Translations under genes and position numbers: made by a program
Part shown: piece by piece, positions 38,950-52,788 of the stretch
Layout: the number at the start of each line of letters is the position of its first letter
Numbering within the stretch: the first letter of the stretch is position 1
From: Lama guanicoe
Taxonomy: Eukaryota
Direction of reading: 5' to 3'
NCBI GenBank assembly: GCA_013239625.1
Contig: MU054212.1
Span: forward strand, 3,286,001 to 3,350,000
DNA length: 64,000 nt
The notes under the pieces: model-generated
Told to the model about the DNA's origin: nothing
The model's input: only the letters and a program-made list of their open reading frames with translations
Database searches by the model: none

Positions 38950-39960
38950 TAGAGCAAAAGAACAAAGGGATAGAAAACTGGACAAGAAATTAAAAAGCCA
39001 GGAAATAGAATTTATCTAAGAGATTCAAAATCCGAATAACAGAGAAGGTCCAGGCAGAGAGGACTGAGAAAAGGAAGGAGTTCAATACTGATATAATTTA
39101 AGAGAATTTCACGAAAATGAAGGACATGAATTTCCAAATATAAAGGGATCGCTGAGTATTTAGCACAATGGGTATGAAATAAACGCACGAAGGGACATTG
39201 TATAGATATTTCAGAACACTAGGAAGAAAGAAAAGATTCCGTGTTTTGCCACAGAGAAACAAACAGGTCATATTCAGAGCATCAAGAATCAGAATTCATC
39301 AGACTTGTCAACAGTAACAGTGGAAACTAGAATAAGGCCACGGAGCAAGGATGCCTTCACATTTCTCAAGGAAAATCATTCTCACTTAAAGTTCTATTAA
39401 GTGCTACCAAATTCTGCCAAAGTCTCAATCAAGGGTGTGGGAAAAAAAACCCTACAGATCAGTATCTCTCATGAACATAGATGTAAAAATACTCAACCAA
39501 ATATTAGCCAATCAAGCAACATATCAAAAAAATTATACTCCATAACAAGTGGATTCAGCCATGTATGCAAGGTTGATCTAATATTTTAAAAAATCAATTA
39601 TTGTAACCCATCACATAAAAGAAGAAAAATCACCAGAGCTTATCAGTATATGCAGAAAAAGCATCTGACAAATTCCAAAACTCATTCATGATAAAAGATG
39701 CTCCACATCGTATGTCATCAGGCAAATGCAGATTAAAACAACGACGAGGTACCACCACTCACCTATCAGAATGGCTGAAGTGCAGGACACCGACAACACC
39801 AAATGCTGACAAGGACATGGGGCAACAAGTGTTCTCACTCACTGCTGGCAGGAACGCAAAATGGTACTCCCTTCAGAAGGCAGCTTGGCAAGTCTTACAA
39901 AACTAATGTACCCGTACATACGATCCAGAAATCATGCTCCTTGGTATTTACCTAAAGGAG
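38950..39960 (+). mobile_element. Old LINE-1 fragments: ORF1-like part, ORF2 RT part (about 39450-39695) and ORF2 C-terminal part (about 39695-39960)
   Basis: Decayed RT motifs (tctctcatgaacatagatgtaaaaatactcaac = SLMNIDvKILN; gcagaaaaagcatctgacaaa, AEKAFDK-like) followed by aaatgcagattaaaacaac...tcagaatggct...ccaaatgctgacaaggac. Confidence 0.85.
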
Positions 39961-42900
39961 GTAAGGGTACCATGGGGGACAATGGAAGGAAAGCCATGAC
40001 TGCTAACAAACAAGACAGATTTAGGGGTCTGACTGGTTCAACTTGAGGGCAAATGGAACCAGCGTGGTGAGAGAGGGTATTCGAGACCAGACCCACACTG
40101 GAGCTGTAGGCTGCCCACCACACCAGCTCCTGCCATTCCACATGGCTGGCCCCCTTGAAAAATGAAAAGCAAATCAGAAAATGGCTTATGGACTAGAGAT
40201 ATAGGTACCTGGCAAGGAGGAAGTGGGTGGGGAATAAGGATCTGGCAAGCAAAAATTCAGGAAGTATAGTGCACAGGAGCCTCCCGCTAGAATAAACTTG
40301 ATAATGAAATCCAGATAGCCACAAAATAACTCAGAATAACTCAAAGAAGGAAACAGCCATGAAAGGATTGCTTCTGAGCACTGATTTCATTCAAATATGA
40401 AACTCTGAAATACGGCATAATAATAAAAATGTAACCAAAACCATGAGGAAAGGGAATTGGAAGCATCCTTTATTTTAATTTTGCTAACATGCAGTAAAAT
40501 TGATGGGGGTGGGATGTACAGTTCCAGGATGTGTTATAAACGTACAGGGTTCATAAAGAGAAGGCAGCTCTGCTATATTTTATTTTACAGCTAAAGTGCT
40601 TTTTCTAAGCAGGTGAGTAGATGCCACAAAAGCAAACACCCAGTTAATTGGGGATTCCAATATGCAGAGGCAGGAAGACTTCCCTGGTAATGATTAGGTG
40701 TTTATTCCTGGTAACTGTGATTTTCAGCATAGTTTATTTAGCTCACTACTGGTGACAGGTTATAGAGTTCCACTTTGCTATTTCTTCCATGATGGCAGTG
40801 TTTGGAATATGTGCACAAACAGAACAACACCATTTTCCATTGTTTGTTGTTCTGCTCTTTTCTGAGACTTCAGGTAAAATGACCTATTAAGCACCATGAA
40901 TGAAAAATAGTCACATCCTTGGTCGAGAGTTCTGCATTCTATGTGCAGGGAATTCAATGTATTTATAATATCTACAATCATTCCCCAAGGCACAATCTTT
41001 CAACACGGATTTATTCTCAAAGGGTTCTATTTGTACAAAGTCTTATTATCATATGTGTATATTCAATAAACTTAGAGTACAAACAGCTTCCAGCTAATAA
41101 TTACCTACACAAATTGTTCGCATAGCTGTTCGCTTTCAAAGCCGAATTCTATACGGAAGTTCACTGTTTCTACTGCTATAAATTCAAACAACTTTTAACT
41201 CACATTGTTCATGGTCTTAGAACTTTTTTAAAAAATGTGAAATAAAAATTCATAAACAGTTTAATGAGATCACAAAATTCAATTTCACTGAGTTCTCTTG
41301 GGTCTTAAAATTCTGTGCCCCTCACAGCAGTATGGGTATCCCGTCTTACGACTGACACATGTAAGTAGCTTGAGGGTGGGGGTGGGGGGTGAGGGACTAC
41401 AGACATAGGAACTAAAGCTATTATTATCTTTATTTGACAATAATCAAGACTTTTTAAGAACCAACTCTCTCCCCTAATAGTTTACTATTTTCTTCCCTAT
41501 TAAAAACAATTCCAAGTTTCAACTGATTATTGTCTTAATAAGCTGAAGATGAAGTTTAATTTCCTATCACAGAGAAATTTAGCCTCAAGACAATATAAAC
41601 TGGCAGTACCAGGAAACTGGTTCTTTCAGATTTTTCAGAAACTCAAACCTCTTCTGCTTAGTTATAATTTACAACAAGTTATGAACTATCATATGAACTG
41701 TAAGGGGAAAGAGCTCTGTTAACATTTTTACCTTTGGTTTATTGTATCTTAAGATACAGGAAGATCTAGAAGTTCTTTTCTTAATCATATGTCAAGAAAT
41801 ATCACTTCACTCGTTCGGCTTGAGTGGAAGGTACATATTAAAGCAGCTCTAAATGTTATCAAAATATTACATCGTACACTTAAACGGCAGGAGGAACAAG
41901 TCTGGTTAAGCTGGTGGCTGCCAGATAATCTTCCTGTAAAGGTCCTCCCCTCTCTTTGTCATTAATGAGCATCTGTGAGTTGACATTTCGAGCTGGTGTG
42001 AATGTCCTGTCTACAGCAACCATTCACCCAGTGGTGGGTCAGCCTTTGATTGTTCTCATGACAGGAATAGCAAAAAGGTGACTTTATAATTCTAGCCTTT
42101 CTTTTCATCATTGACCTGTACTCTTCAGTGAAACAGAGCTTTTCCTTGTACTCAGCCCCATCTGCACACTATACATACACTACGTGCTCGTGGATTCCTT
42201 CCACACTCAATGTGCTCTATCCCATAACACACATTAGTACTTCTTATGTTTAAATGATCCCAGATTGGGCCAGTAAGTGTCCCTTAAATCTGGCTCTTCT
42301 GTCCTTCTGATGTGCCCCCACCAGCTTCTGAGCAATCCCTTGAGTTCTGACACAAAGTGTCCCTAGCTTAGCAGGTTCACTCCTAAACTAGTTCAAGCAA
42401 GAAGGCTTTAAATAAAACGGGTTAACTCAACTCAATTTTAATGCAGCAATTTGAATTCATGCACAAATAATTAGAACAGTGCCTAGAACATAGTCAGTGC
42501 CAGTCAGTGTGGAAAGGTCTCTTCCTTAACTATTTTAGCCACAGTGAATTCTTTAAAATGCAGACTAATTTATAACACAGATTTTTATGTCACTTTTTCA
42601 GTTTCATCTATTTATGCTTATTTTTTGCTCTCCATTTCTTTTATCTCCATATGGAAATCCTATGGAGAGGGAATCTCCGAAGAGTTTTTTCTTTTCTCCA
42701 ACATGGCACAATCTTAGATCACTGACTATCGCCAAAATATGCAGACAGCACAGCATAAATCCCCATAAAGTAAAGCCTTTTAGACTTCCTGAAATTATCA
42801 AGGGATTTTACCTGCCAGAGGAAATAATGTAAAGAAATGTCCGGGCCTTTTTTTTTTTCCCCTTTGGTAAAAAAGTCAATAGACCAGCTTCATTTTTTAA

Positions 42901-43134
42901 GCAAACACAGCACTACTCAAGTCATCTCTGAATGAATCACTGATAAGGAGAAACTGATAGGGAGGAAAAAGAGGAGTATGACAGTTGGAGAGATCACAAA
43001 GAAAGTAAAAAGTGGGGCCTCATAGCTTGCAAGTTATTTATTTGTTTATGTCAGAATGTGAGGGTGGACGGGAGCGTGAGTCTGTGTGTAGTTGTGCATG
43101 CGTGTGCACACGTGGGGTTAGAGAGAGGATGCCC

Positions 43135-44100
43135 GGTCAACATTTACCCAACAAATACTTATTACAATCTCACTCTCGGTGGGCACTGCAGTCTTTTCCA
43201 GGAGTATAAGGACTGAGAAAACTAGACAGGTCTCTTCCTTAATGATTAAAGAAATATTTACACAAATAAATTTGAATTTGCAACCATTTTGATGGATATG
43301 GACACATGAGTATGGATACAAGTAGGCATATAAATACATATGTGTGTAGATGTATATTGCAAGAGGAATTGGCTCAGTCTTGGGGGAAGACATGGACCTT
43401 TAGAGGAGGTGACATTTGGGTTGGTGTTTGAGGTTTAACTGACAGTTAACTACGCAAGGTTTGGGCGCGTGTGTTTACAGGTGTGAGGATGGGAGAGAGC
43501 ATGGAGAGTCAGAGCACCCAGCAGGAAGCCAGGCAGCTGAAGCAGAGGGAAGGGTCGGGTGGGTACCAAAAGAGATGAGACTGGAGAAGCCTGACCTTGC
43601 TGGGTTTCAGAAAATCAAGTGCACAGTTTGGGTGTTTACCTTAAAGCAATGGTAACCCATTTAAGTGGTGTGAATAGTTGAAGGGGTAATAGTTATTGTA
43701 TTTGCATTTAAAAAAGGCTCCTCTGGCACCTTATTGGAGGATGGATTCAGGGTGGGTGGCAATGGCGGATGCCAGGAGACCAGCTATGAAGGCCCTGGAG
43801 TTCTCTACACAATGGATGTTGAAAGTTGAGACCTAAGGCAGGTGTGTAACATCCTCTGGAGGTAACAATCGATGACTGGGCGAAGGCTTTGATACTGGGT
43901 GGATGGAGTGGATGGAGGGGGACCATCAAGGATAAAAATCCAGATTGAGAGCTGGGGAATCCTAGAGGTTGAGGTGAGATGGGCAAAGATCGCAAGTTTG
44001 ATTTTGACATGTTCCATCTGACATTTAAGATAGACAAGAAGGAATACCAAGTACAGAGCTGGCTCTACAAGTGGAGAATTTAGAGAGACTTTCTGAGCCA
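43135..44100 (-). mobile_element. L2 fragment
   Basis: caacaaatacttatt...gaggaggtgacatttggg...tttgcatttaaaaaaggctcctctggc...ggagaccagctatgaaggc. Confidence 0.7.
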
Positions 44101-47100
44101 TAATTATGTTTTATAGCATGCTCCAAATAAAACACGTGCCATAATTTCAGGGAATCTTATTAAACTACTTAGCATGTGTATGATGGGAAAACTCAAGGTG
44201 AACCAAAGTTCTAAGGTACTAGATGAACAGTCTCTGCTACTTGAGAATTGAATCATTTGCAAATTCATTTCTATTCTAAATGCTGTTATAATTCCCTGAT
44301 CTAAAAAACCTGAAAATATGATATTGCTAGACTTTGTAGCAAGTGAGATATACCTATGGTTAGCATGTGAGAGCTAGCTAGCTATCTATATTGAAGTCAT
44401 GAAAGTGATCACGTAAGTACAGAATTAATATTTAAATTATTTAACAATCTGCACAACTTGGGCTCCAGCCACAAATAACCAATAAGATTACACCAGTGTA
44501 TCTAGTGGAAGCCCAGCCCTGTCACAATAACAGAACCTCATTCTCCAATGGTAAAAATTCCTAATTGAAAATAGAGTGCAAATATTAGAAGGCAGGCGTG
44601 TTGATAGTTACTACTTGTAGACCAATAATGTCACTAACACCTAGGGATTTTTGTAATACATTGAGAACATTGATTTTTTTTTTTTTTTAGCAGGGGATGG
44701 GGAATACATTACCCTCATTCTAATCTACTGTTCAAGTGTGCTGTGAGAAAACCAAATTTACTGAGAGGTATGTTTCAAAAAATTATGCCCACATTTTAAT
44801 TTCAAAATTCCTTTTCAAAGGATACAAGAAACGTCATCATTTTATCTAAATCTTCACAGACTGATTTGCTTAACGTAACCTGTAACTTTGGGCCTCAGCT
44901 CCGATTCCCTTGGGTGACAAAAAAAGACAACAGAAATGACCACAAAGCTAAGTGAGCTTTGAGCTTCCTGATTCGGAAACTAACGGCGTAGAAGTACTAC
45001 ATTCTCCATTTGAACTGACAAAGTTGTCTTACTGGGTTTCCCACTTCCGCACATGTCCAATAGAGGCTTCTGAAATGCCTTTTACTGCGTCAGCTGGGTG
45101 TGTTTCCCCTCTTCACAACCACATGTTTTCATGTTTCAGATTTCAGTTTAGGGGAGTAATGAAGTCCAATGGTAAAAGGAGGCAGTGTGATTGGGAAGTG
45201 TCGTATCTATTTATTCAGACAAAGGAGGTTTTCTCTTGTCTGGCACTGTGAACGGTACAAAGAAGAAGGAGGGCATTCCTTTCCCAATCTTTGCCTCTGT
45301 TCCATGCAAGAGTAAAAAGCATCGTAAGAAAAGCAGATATTCCCATAAAACTTCACTGCCTGTGTAGATCTTTGTGCTGCTCAAATGAAAGCAGCTCCTT
45401 ATTTCCCTTATCACCTCCACAGCCCAACCACCACAATTTCACCTCCTCTCCGTTCCCACTGCACCACGACACTCATAGCAGAAACTGTAACAAAGGGGTC
45501 AGCCTGAGGTTCAATGTTGGGCCATTCAATTGACCAAGAAGCTTCCAGTAAGAATGAACAATATAGGGCAAGACAATCACAGATCAAACTGTGTTCTGTA
45601 CGATCACTGCACCCCCTTGATAGGAAAAGCTACCTCTCCTGACTGCGTAGAACATGCCTTTCTGCGCAGAGAATCTTGTGATTGTGTCAAAGCCATTGGT
45701 TACTTGCACGCACACAAACACACACAGACACAGTGTGACTTCCACCTTGATTGTTGAAGACTTTACATTAAAAAGCTTCTTTCCTTAAAGAGAATAAGAA
45801 AAAAGGAGGAAATACAATGTTACATAAGACATCATAGGTGGACCCACAGTGGGAAGTAATCTAAAGAAAAAAATCTTCCTTAAAAATTTGATAAACTCAA
45901 GATGCTTGCTATATAGCTCATACTGAAGTGATATTTTATAATAACTCAATTCTCAAGAGTAGGTCTTATGGTCTAATAGAAAGACCATTAGAAGGAAGAA
46001 AATTTGAGTTTCACTCTCAGTTCCCCCTTTGCTTCTTAGATCCTACACTCTCTCGTAAGTTGTGTATATGAGTAATCTTCAAATCCCCCCAATCTCTCTG
46101 TAAATACTAAATATTATGCAGAGAGAAGAGATGTGGGTGTGTTTTTTTTTAGTGTGGCAGCAGTGCACAGACTAAATACATCGAGACAGACAACACAGTC
46201 TTTGTACCTCTCCCCCTCCAACTCCTATCTGCCAGCACCGGACACATTTATTCCAAGTAACACAAAAAAATTCTAATACAACAGCTTATTTGCATTGGTA
46301 ACAGACTTGGGCCTCTGCTATGAACATACTTCACTATGTTTTATGGTGCAACTTGCAACACTGGACCCAAGCAGTTCTTTGTGTGCATAAGAATATCTCA
46401 AGGGCATTAAAAATATAATCTCAGATAGTATCTCCTTTCCTGTTTTTTCAGTACCTGAAATCACGTGTGTAGACATGTACGTGTATGTATATGCCATGTG
46501 CATCTTACATATACATGCACAGACTTACACATACATGCATTTGTGTGAATGTACATAGTGTTTCTCTCCAGGTGTGAATGCCTTCCAGGCCTTCTGGAGA
46601 TAGGCATTTACACAAGTTGAAGGCCTGGGAGAAGTAAAATATTAACCAGCTTGCATATTAGTTTGTCAACACTCACAGCCACCCATAAAAGATAGAGTCC
46701 TGAGAGAAATAAGGACCAAAAGGAGTAAATTTTTATAACGACGAGAGAGAGAGAAAGAGCACAATGTGAGCCTGAGTTTGATGGGAAGTGAAATTTGTAA
46801 TCCTGGTCCATGGATGACAGATCCGTGGACGAGTGAGATGTCCTGCTTAAAAGAAGCAAGAATTGGGTATGATGAAAAACACCCCACGCCATCATAAAAA
46901 TCCTGTTTCTCCAGCCCTGCGGCTCTCGTCAGGGCCAGACTGCCCCTGGAGCCTATCTGGGGAAGGACTGGGAAGGCTTAAGTTTGTCACAATTACTAAG
47001 GGAAGGGAATTCTGTTGGCCTTTCGTGGCTTTTTAATGAAGAATTTCCCCAAATATCCCAAATAACATGCAGTGTTCCCCTGAACTAAACCCATAATGAA

Positions 47101-48089
47101 CATCCACCTGTAGAATCCGGTACAGAATCCTAATGAAGCACTTCATAAGAATTTCCCCCCAAAGCCCAGTGGTTTGCAACGAGGTTGCTGTGGTGAATGA
47201 TTCAATCGTTTGTATAGTCTTCCTCCTAAATCTGGAATTCATAGACTACAAGATGAATAGAAAATAAGCTGAAGAAAAGGCAGCGTCGGCACTGAATCAA
47301 TAATTTCCACTGCGGAAATATTTCATTTGTTATTACTGATGATAACAGTGTGTAGCTCGCAGGGGCCCTGCAAGTAGGGTTCACATTAGCAACAACAGGA
47401 AAATGCTGCATAAAGCAGTTTGGGGTTTGGGTGGAAATATATTAATAGTATTTACTCTCTCGTTTGCAAAATATCATACTTTCACATTTTCTCCGCCCCG
47501 AGAGTCTGTAACTCGACTCGGCATGTTTTCTCCACGATAACCATCACGCCCTTCCTTCTGTCACCATATACAAATGCCTGCTTGTAATTACCCTGATACA
47601 ACTTTTAGTCCATTCTCCTTTCATTTTCCTATACTTCTTGGATAGAACATCTTCTGATGTTTTTAATCTGTCTTAAATCCCAGTTTATTCATTACACACA
47701 CAAGCAAGCTTCTGACTTCTTTGTTGCATGTTCCAGTGAAGTCACACCCCCCCCAAACATTAGTACAGTGAAATGCACGTTTTACTACAAATGGCTTTTA
47801 TTTTATTGCCCCTTTTCAGGATCAATATATGCAGTGATTAGATTGTCGATAAATCACATTTCAAGATACTAAGGGGGTGACACAAAATATTTGTTCTTAA
47901 AAAAGGGGACAGGGTGTAAGAGGGTTGAGGATGACAGTTTGGTCCACAGTGAATGACCGAAGACAGGACAATCACATGCCTTCTGCACGTTTCTCTCTAC
48001 CACGTCACGTCATGACTGTCCTGTACAGCTGACATCATGATGGCCAGTGAGTTAACTTCCCCATCCAGCCACCCAACTTAAAGGAGCCG

Positions 48090-48270
48090 GATGAGAAGTC
48101 CAGAGATCAGGTTTCTAGTTTCTGCTCTGCCACTAACCACCAGTGTCACCTTTAGCAACTCAGGGGGACCACTGTGGGTCCCCATTTCCTTAACTATAAA
48201 CTAAGAGCACTGAAATAAAGTACCTTTCAGGTCCTTTCCAGCTCCATAACAAAATGCATAATTTTGATTC
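48090..48270 (+). mobile_element. MIR fragment
   Basis: ggtttctagtttctgctctgccactaacc...tttccttaactataaa...ggtcctttccagctc. Confidence 0.65.
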
Positions 48271-51200
48271 TAAGACTGAGGGCACTGATCAGAAGAACCT
48301 GATTCCCTTAATAAATGTATATAAAATATATCCTGTGGGTCTCAGTTAGATTTCCCACCACAATATATATATTTTTAAAGTACTCGGTCTAGTCAAGGCT
48401 TTAAAAAATGCCATGCCTTATAAAAAACAAAAATGTTCCCTCAAGAAAGAAGTAACTCTACACATTATGGAGCAAGCACATTTATTATGGGAACAGTCAC
48501 CAATCTGAAGGGGACACCAACTTTTCTAGTCCCATTCCGCTCACTGCTGTAAAAGTCACAGTTTTATGTTTTCTTTGAATTCTTGAAATAAAAATGATCT
48601 TATCTATCTGCTTTTCCAATCACACATTTTTGGCAGCTCTAAACTTCTTTGTAGGGGTTTTCTAAATTCTAACAGTCCACAGAAATAACAATTCGACAAA
48701 ATCTATATACAACTGAACAGCGACCACAGAAAAGGTGTTTTTAAGAGCAAGCGCTTTGGTGTGAATCGACTTCAGGTCCGAGTAACTAGTTCATCCACAA
48801 CCAATTCTGCCCTGGAGCTTCTGAAGAACACAATAGAAACCTGTTAAATTGGCAGCCTTGCTGAACTTCAACTATTTTATCTAACCAGGTCCCCAGTAAT
48901 GATAGATACTTGAGAGCTGCTTTTTGATAAAAGTTTGATTTGGGGCACAGGTGCAACAATCAAACGGACCAAACCCCTTATTCTGATGGAGGCTGGCTGT
49001 TTCTGCTTCTGGGACACACACATATACATAAGGCTCGCGAACATCACCTTAGCTCATCCACACAGGTGTGCTTTAAGAGAACCTAACACTTAAAAAAAAA
49101 TCAGTTTTGTAAGATTTAAATAATAGAATATTCATATTTGGTTTTCAGGAGCACCCCACTATCATCTACTAAAAACACATTAATCACCTCCGTGACAGAT
49201 AAAGTGGGACTGAATTTCTCCAGTTTTGACTGAAGAATTTTTTTCCCCCAAGAACACAGCTAATCCTTAACACAAATTCATTAAGGAAGCATACAATCAA
49301 GTCTCGACCATCTCTCCATGAGTAATATATAATTTACTGCAAAGTTGTCACACAGGTTTGCTCATTTCTGTCACCCAGCTCGTTTCTGGGCAGGCTGCCC
49401 ACAAGCCCCATCTCCCCATAAATCGGTTTTGCTGTTTGTGACATGTAAGCGCATTTAAAACCTAACCTAAACAAAACAAAATAATTAGAAAGGCAACATG
49501 CCCGCAACAGCAATGAGAATCTTTTTCAGCTCAAACATGTAATACACTCCAAGACAAACACAAATGACTTTTTAAATAACCATGATTTTGGATTATCTTT
49601 GCCTCTCTTCCTCTCATTAACATGAATAATTCAGAGTGCTTATTCCACACAATGAAATGGTCTCCCCTCAATAATTCATTTTTAGCACACAGAAAAATAA
49701 GATGTCTAACACATCCTTATGTTTTTTCCAAAGGTTTAAATTAGACATTTTTAAATGCAACTTTACTTTCACAGTGATCTATAGCTTGGGTTCCTTCCTT
49801 TCACTGCTATCCTGGCAGTAAGCAGGGAGACTTCTGAGTTCAGGGCAAGGAGAGAAGAGAGCGGTGGAGCAGGTAAGAAGGCAGAAGCCCCATCTGCCTT
49901 TGGTTCTCGATATTCTTCAAGTACAATCAATTATTCGCACAGTGTGAGCAAGACGGCCGACTGCTTTCTCCTTAAATACATGAAAATGCTTTGGGACATT
50001 ACACCCTGATTTGAGTAAAAAGAACTTCCTAACGTTCTGGCCACACTAACTGAACACTGTTTTTATTATGCAACTTAACTTTGAGTGATAAAAATATCCT
50101 GACATTGAAGTTCCAGCTCTAGCAAACGTCCCTAAAAGGGAAAGCATTTCTGGATGGGAATGGGAGGCGGGACTCAAAACCTCAAATCTTGCTTTAATGA
50201 TGACATGAACAAAATGATGGGAGTGGGTCTATCTCCTAATTATACACAAACTCATCCAGGTTCCAAAACACAGGTATCAAGAGTACTATGGAGATGGACG
50301 TTTTATTCACATCCTCTGTAACACCCCACAGCAGCACACCCAGTATTTGTGTGCGAAGCAATGCGTAGGTCTAAGGTCTACTGAATTTGGGGTTTCAAAT
50401 ATTAAGCTGGCCTCCCATTTTGTAAATTCCTCCCGGGAGGAAGTTGCATTCTTCTAGAGACCACACTCGTTTTCGGGGCTGTTTAATGCACTGCTTCAGA
50501 GCAGCAAATGCTACCCTTGTGACCAGGAAGAACGGGAAAGAATGCCATCAGGAGGAGCCTGCAGCTGCACTAATTCTCAGCTTCTCTCTGGTGATAAAAA
50601 GGTGGGGGAAAAAAGCAATCAGATTTCACCGGAGTATACACCAGCCTTGGCCAAAGGCTTGAAAACTTTTTTGATATCTCCTTTCATTGGAAATGAAAGG
50701 AGAGGAGCCTACAGTGTAAAAAGCCAAACACAACAGTTGCTGAACTTGGGTCAAGATCAGACACCACTACCCGCTTTGGGGATATTCATGGAGATGCACA
50801 AAACGAGGATGTATGTTTTGACACCTGTGAAAATAAAACATTGCACTTTAAGTGAGTGGGAGAGAACAGATGGTTGGTAATGATTTAAAACATTTATGTT
50901 TTTGGACTGTTACCAAGCCTCTGTATTAAAAAATATGGTGTCTTAGTCAGTACATACCAACAACTATCTGCAAGGTTCATTTTCCGGAGGATGCTACTGT
51001 AATAGAGGAGATAAAAAAACAAATGAGGCCAGAGGAAAAGGCGTCCCGTTTTCTCAAGGCATTCAGCGCGTGCTATTTCTTTCTGACTACATTTCATCAA
51101 AATGATCTCTGTGTGACGAGAGGGTTTTAATTTTTCCTCAATAATGAGTCAACTACAAGTGCCCGGCTATCACATCCCTTTTGAATGCATGGGGTAGAAC

Positions 51201-51436
51201 TGTCATTTTGTCCCGTATATCTGATTCACACTAACTGAAGCCCTTAAAAACCATCTGAGCAATAATAAAGTCTGGTTAACCAGGGTACCTTGCTCATGAA
51301 AAACAGTAACATTCTCCTTATTCTCAATTTGGTAGACAGGCATACGGTGTCATGATTATGTACTGGAACTAGCAGGTGCCAGGCCACCAACTAGTAAGGC
51401 AGGTAAATATTAACTATTGTCACACTGTATTTTGGG

Positions 51437-51462
51437 GTGTGTGTGTGTGTGTGTGTGTGTGT
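51437..51462 (+). repeat. (GT)n microsatellite
   Basis: Directly visible. Confidence 0.95.
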
Positions 51463-52283
51463 CAGTCTAAAGGGAGCCCATGTCCTTTAAACCCAATGGA
51501 ATAGTGACAAATACAGATCAAATTGTATATAGAGAGTTTAAGGCAATGTCTGGGTTTAAATCGAAGAAAAAGAAAGACTGGTAAATAACAGTCTTAACTA
51601 CTACAAAAACTGCTAAAGGAGGGTCTTGTTAAACATCCACAGTGTTTTGATTTGGTCCTGGTAACTTAATGGGGAAGAAGTTACACAGACGCCCACTCTG
51701 TATTATTTACTTCCTGTCTCTTTGAAAACCCTGGGATCTATTCAAGGACAGGTTTGCTGGTGGGAGGGAGCTGGGGGGGGGGACCTGCAGCGAGAGGGGA
51801 AGGGCCAACCGCTGCTCTAGCTTCACTCCTGTGAACTTAGTTGGAAATAACTCCTGACAGCCATCAAACATACACCTTTCAGCCTTCTAACAGAAACATG
51901 CTGAGAGGCAGGATGTGCAAACAGGGCAGAAGAGGGAGCGGGAACAGTGTGAAAGCAACAGCAGCGGCGACAAAGTAACCACGCAGTGCCTACTTGCCCC
52001 AACCCCGCTCCAGCCACCTGCCCAGCAGCCCCAACCCCACTGCCGGGACTCCCACTGAGCCCGGGCTTCCAGACTCCTCACTCCCCTCCCACACTGCCCG
52101 CAGCCTTAGCAAGAGCCTTTGCAAGGTCTCGGAGTTTGGGACTCATGCAAAAAGGGGCACCACAGCAAAGATGCTCATCTTCCTGACAAACACGCTTGGA
52201 GGACCGGATAAACTGGCATGAGAAACTCAAGACTGTTCCTTCTGGTGTCCGTTTTCCAACCTCGGCTTGCCCCGACTAGGGGC

Positions 52284-52788
52284 TGCTAACTAAAAACTGG
52301 CACTTGCCATCTGCCTCTACAAGGACTCGATCACACTGGCACTTGCCATCTACCTGTTTGGATTAAATCGCGAGCCACCGCAGCCTCTGACCTCCAACAC
52401 GTCCTGAAGAAAGGAGCTCAGGATGAAGACCAGGAATGAGGCGCTCTGTGCTCACAGAAAACTGGCTAAACAGCCCTCCAGATAGTTAAGATATTTTCAG
52501 GATAAGATTTTAAGACCCCAATTCTTGCATCTCTTCATATCTAAAAAGCACTAAAATCATTAAGGGAGAAATCTGCTCTTCACGACGAGCAGCAAGCCTC
52601 TACCAAACATGTCCCTAACTGCACGCCCCCCCCCCCATAAATCATATATGATACTGTTTCCCCCTGCCTCTTTGGGACAGTTTCTCAGAGCTTTCTGGGA
52701 TGCTGTCTACCGGGTTATAGTACTCATTTTGCCCCAAATAAAACTTAACCCACAACTCTCACGCTGTGTGATTTTATTTCAGTCGACA
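52284..52788 (+). mobile_element. Full-length solo LTR, ERV1 class (MER41-like), 505 bp
   Basis: TG...CA ends with imperfect terminal inverted repeats (TGCTAACTAAAA / TTTCAGTCGACA), 4-bp target-site duplication GGGC (52280-52283 and 52789-52792), AATAAA at 52737-52742, and a ...GTCGACA 3' end typical of MER41-like LTRs. Family name is from recall. Confidence 0.85.
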
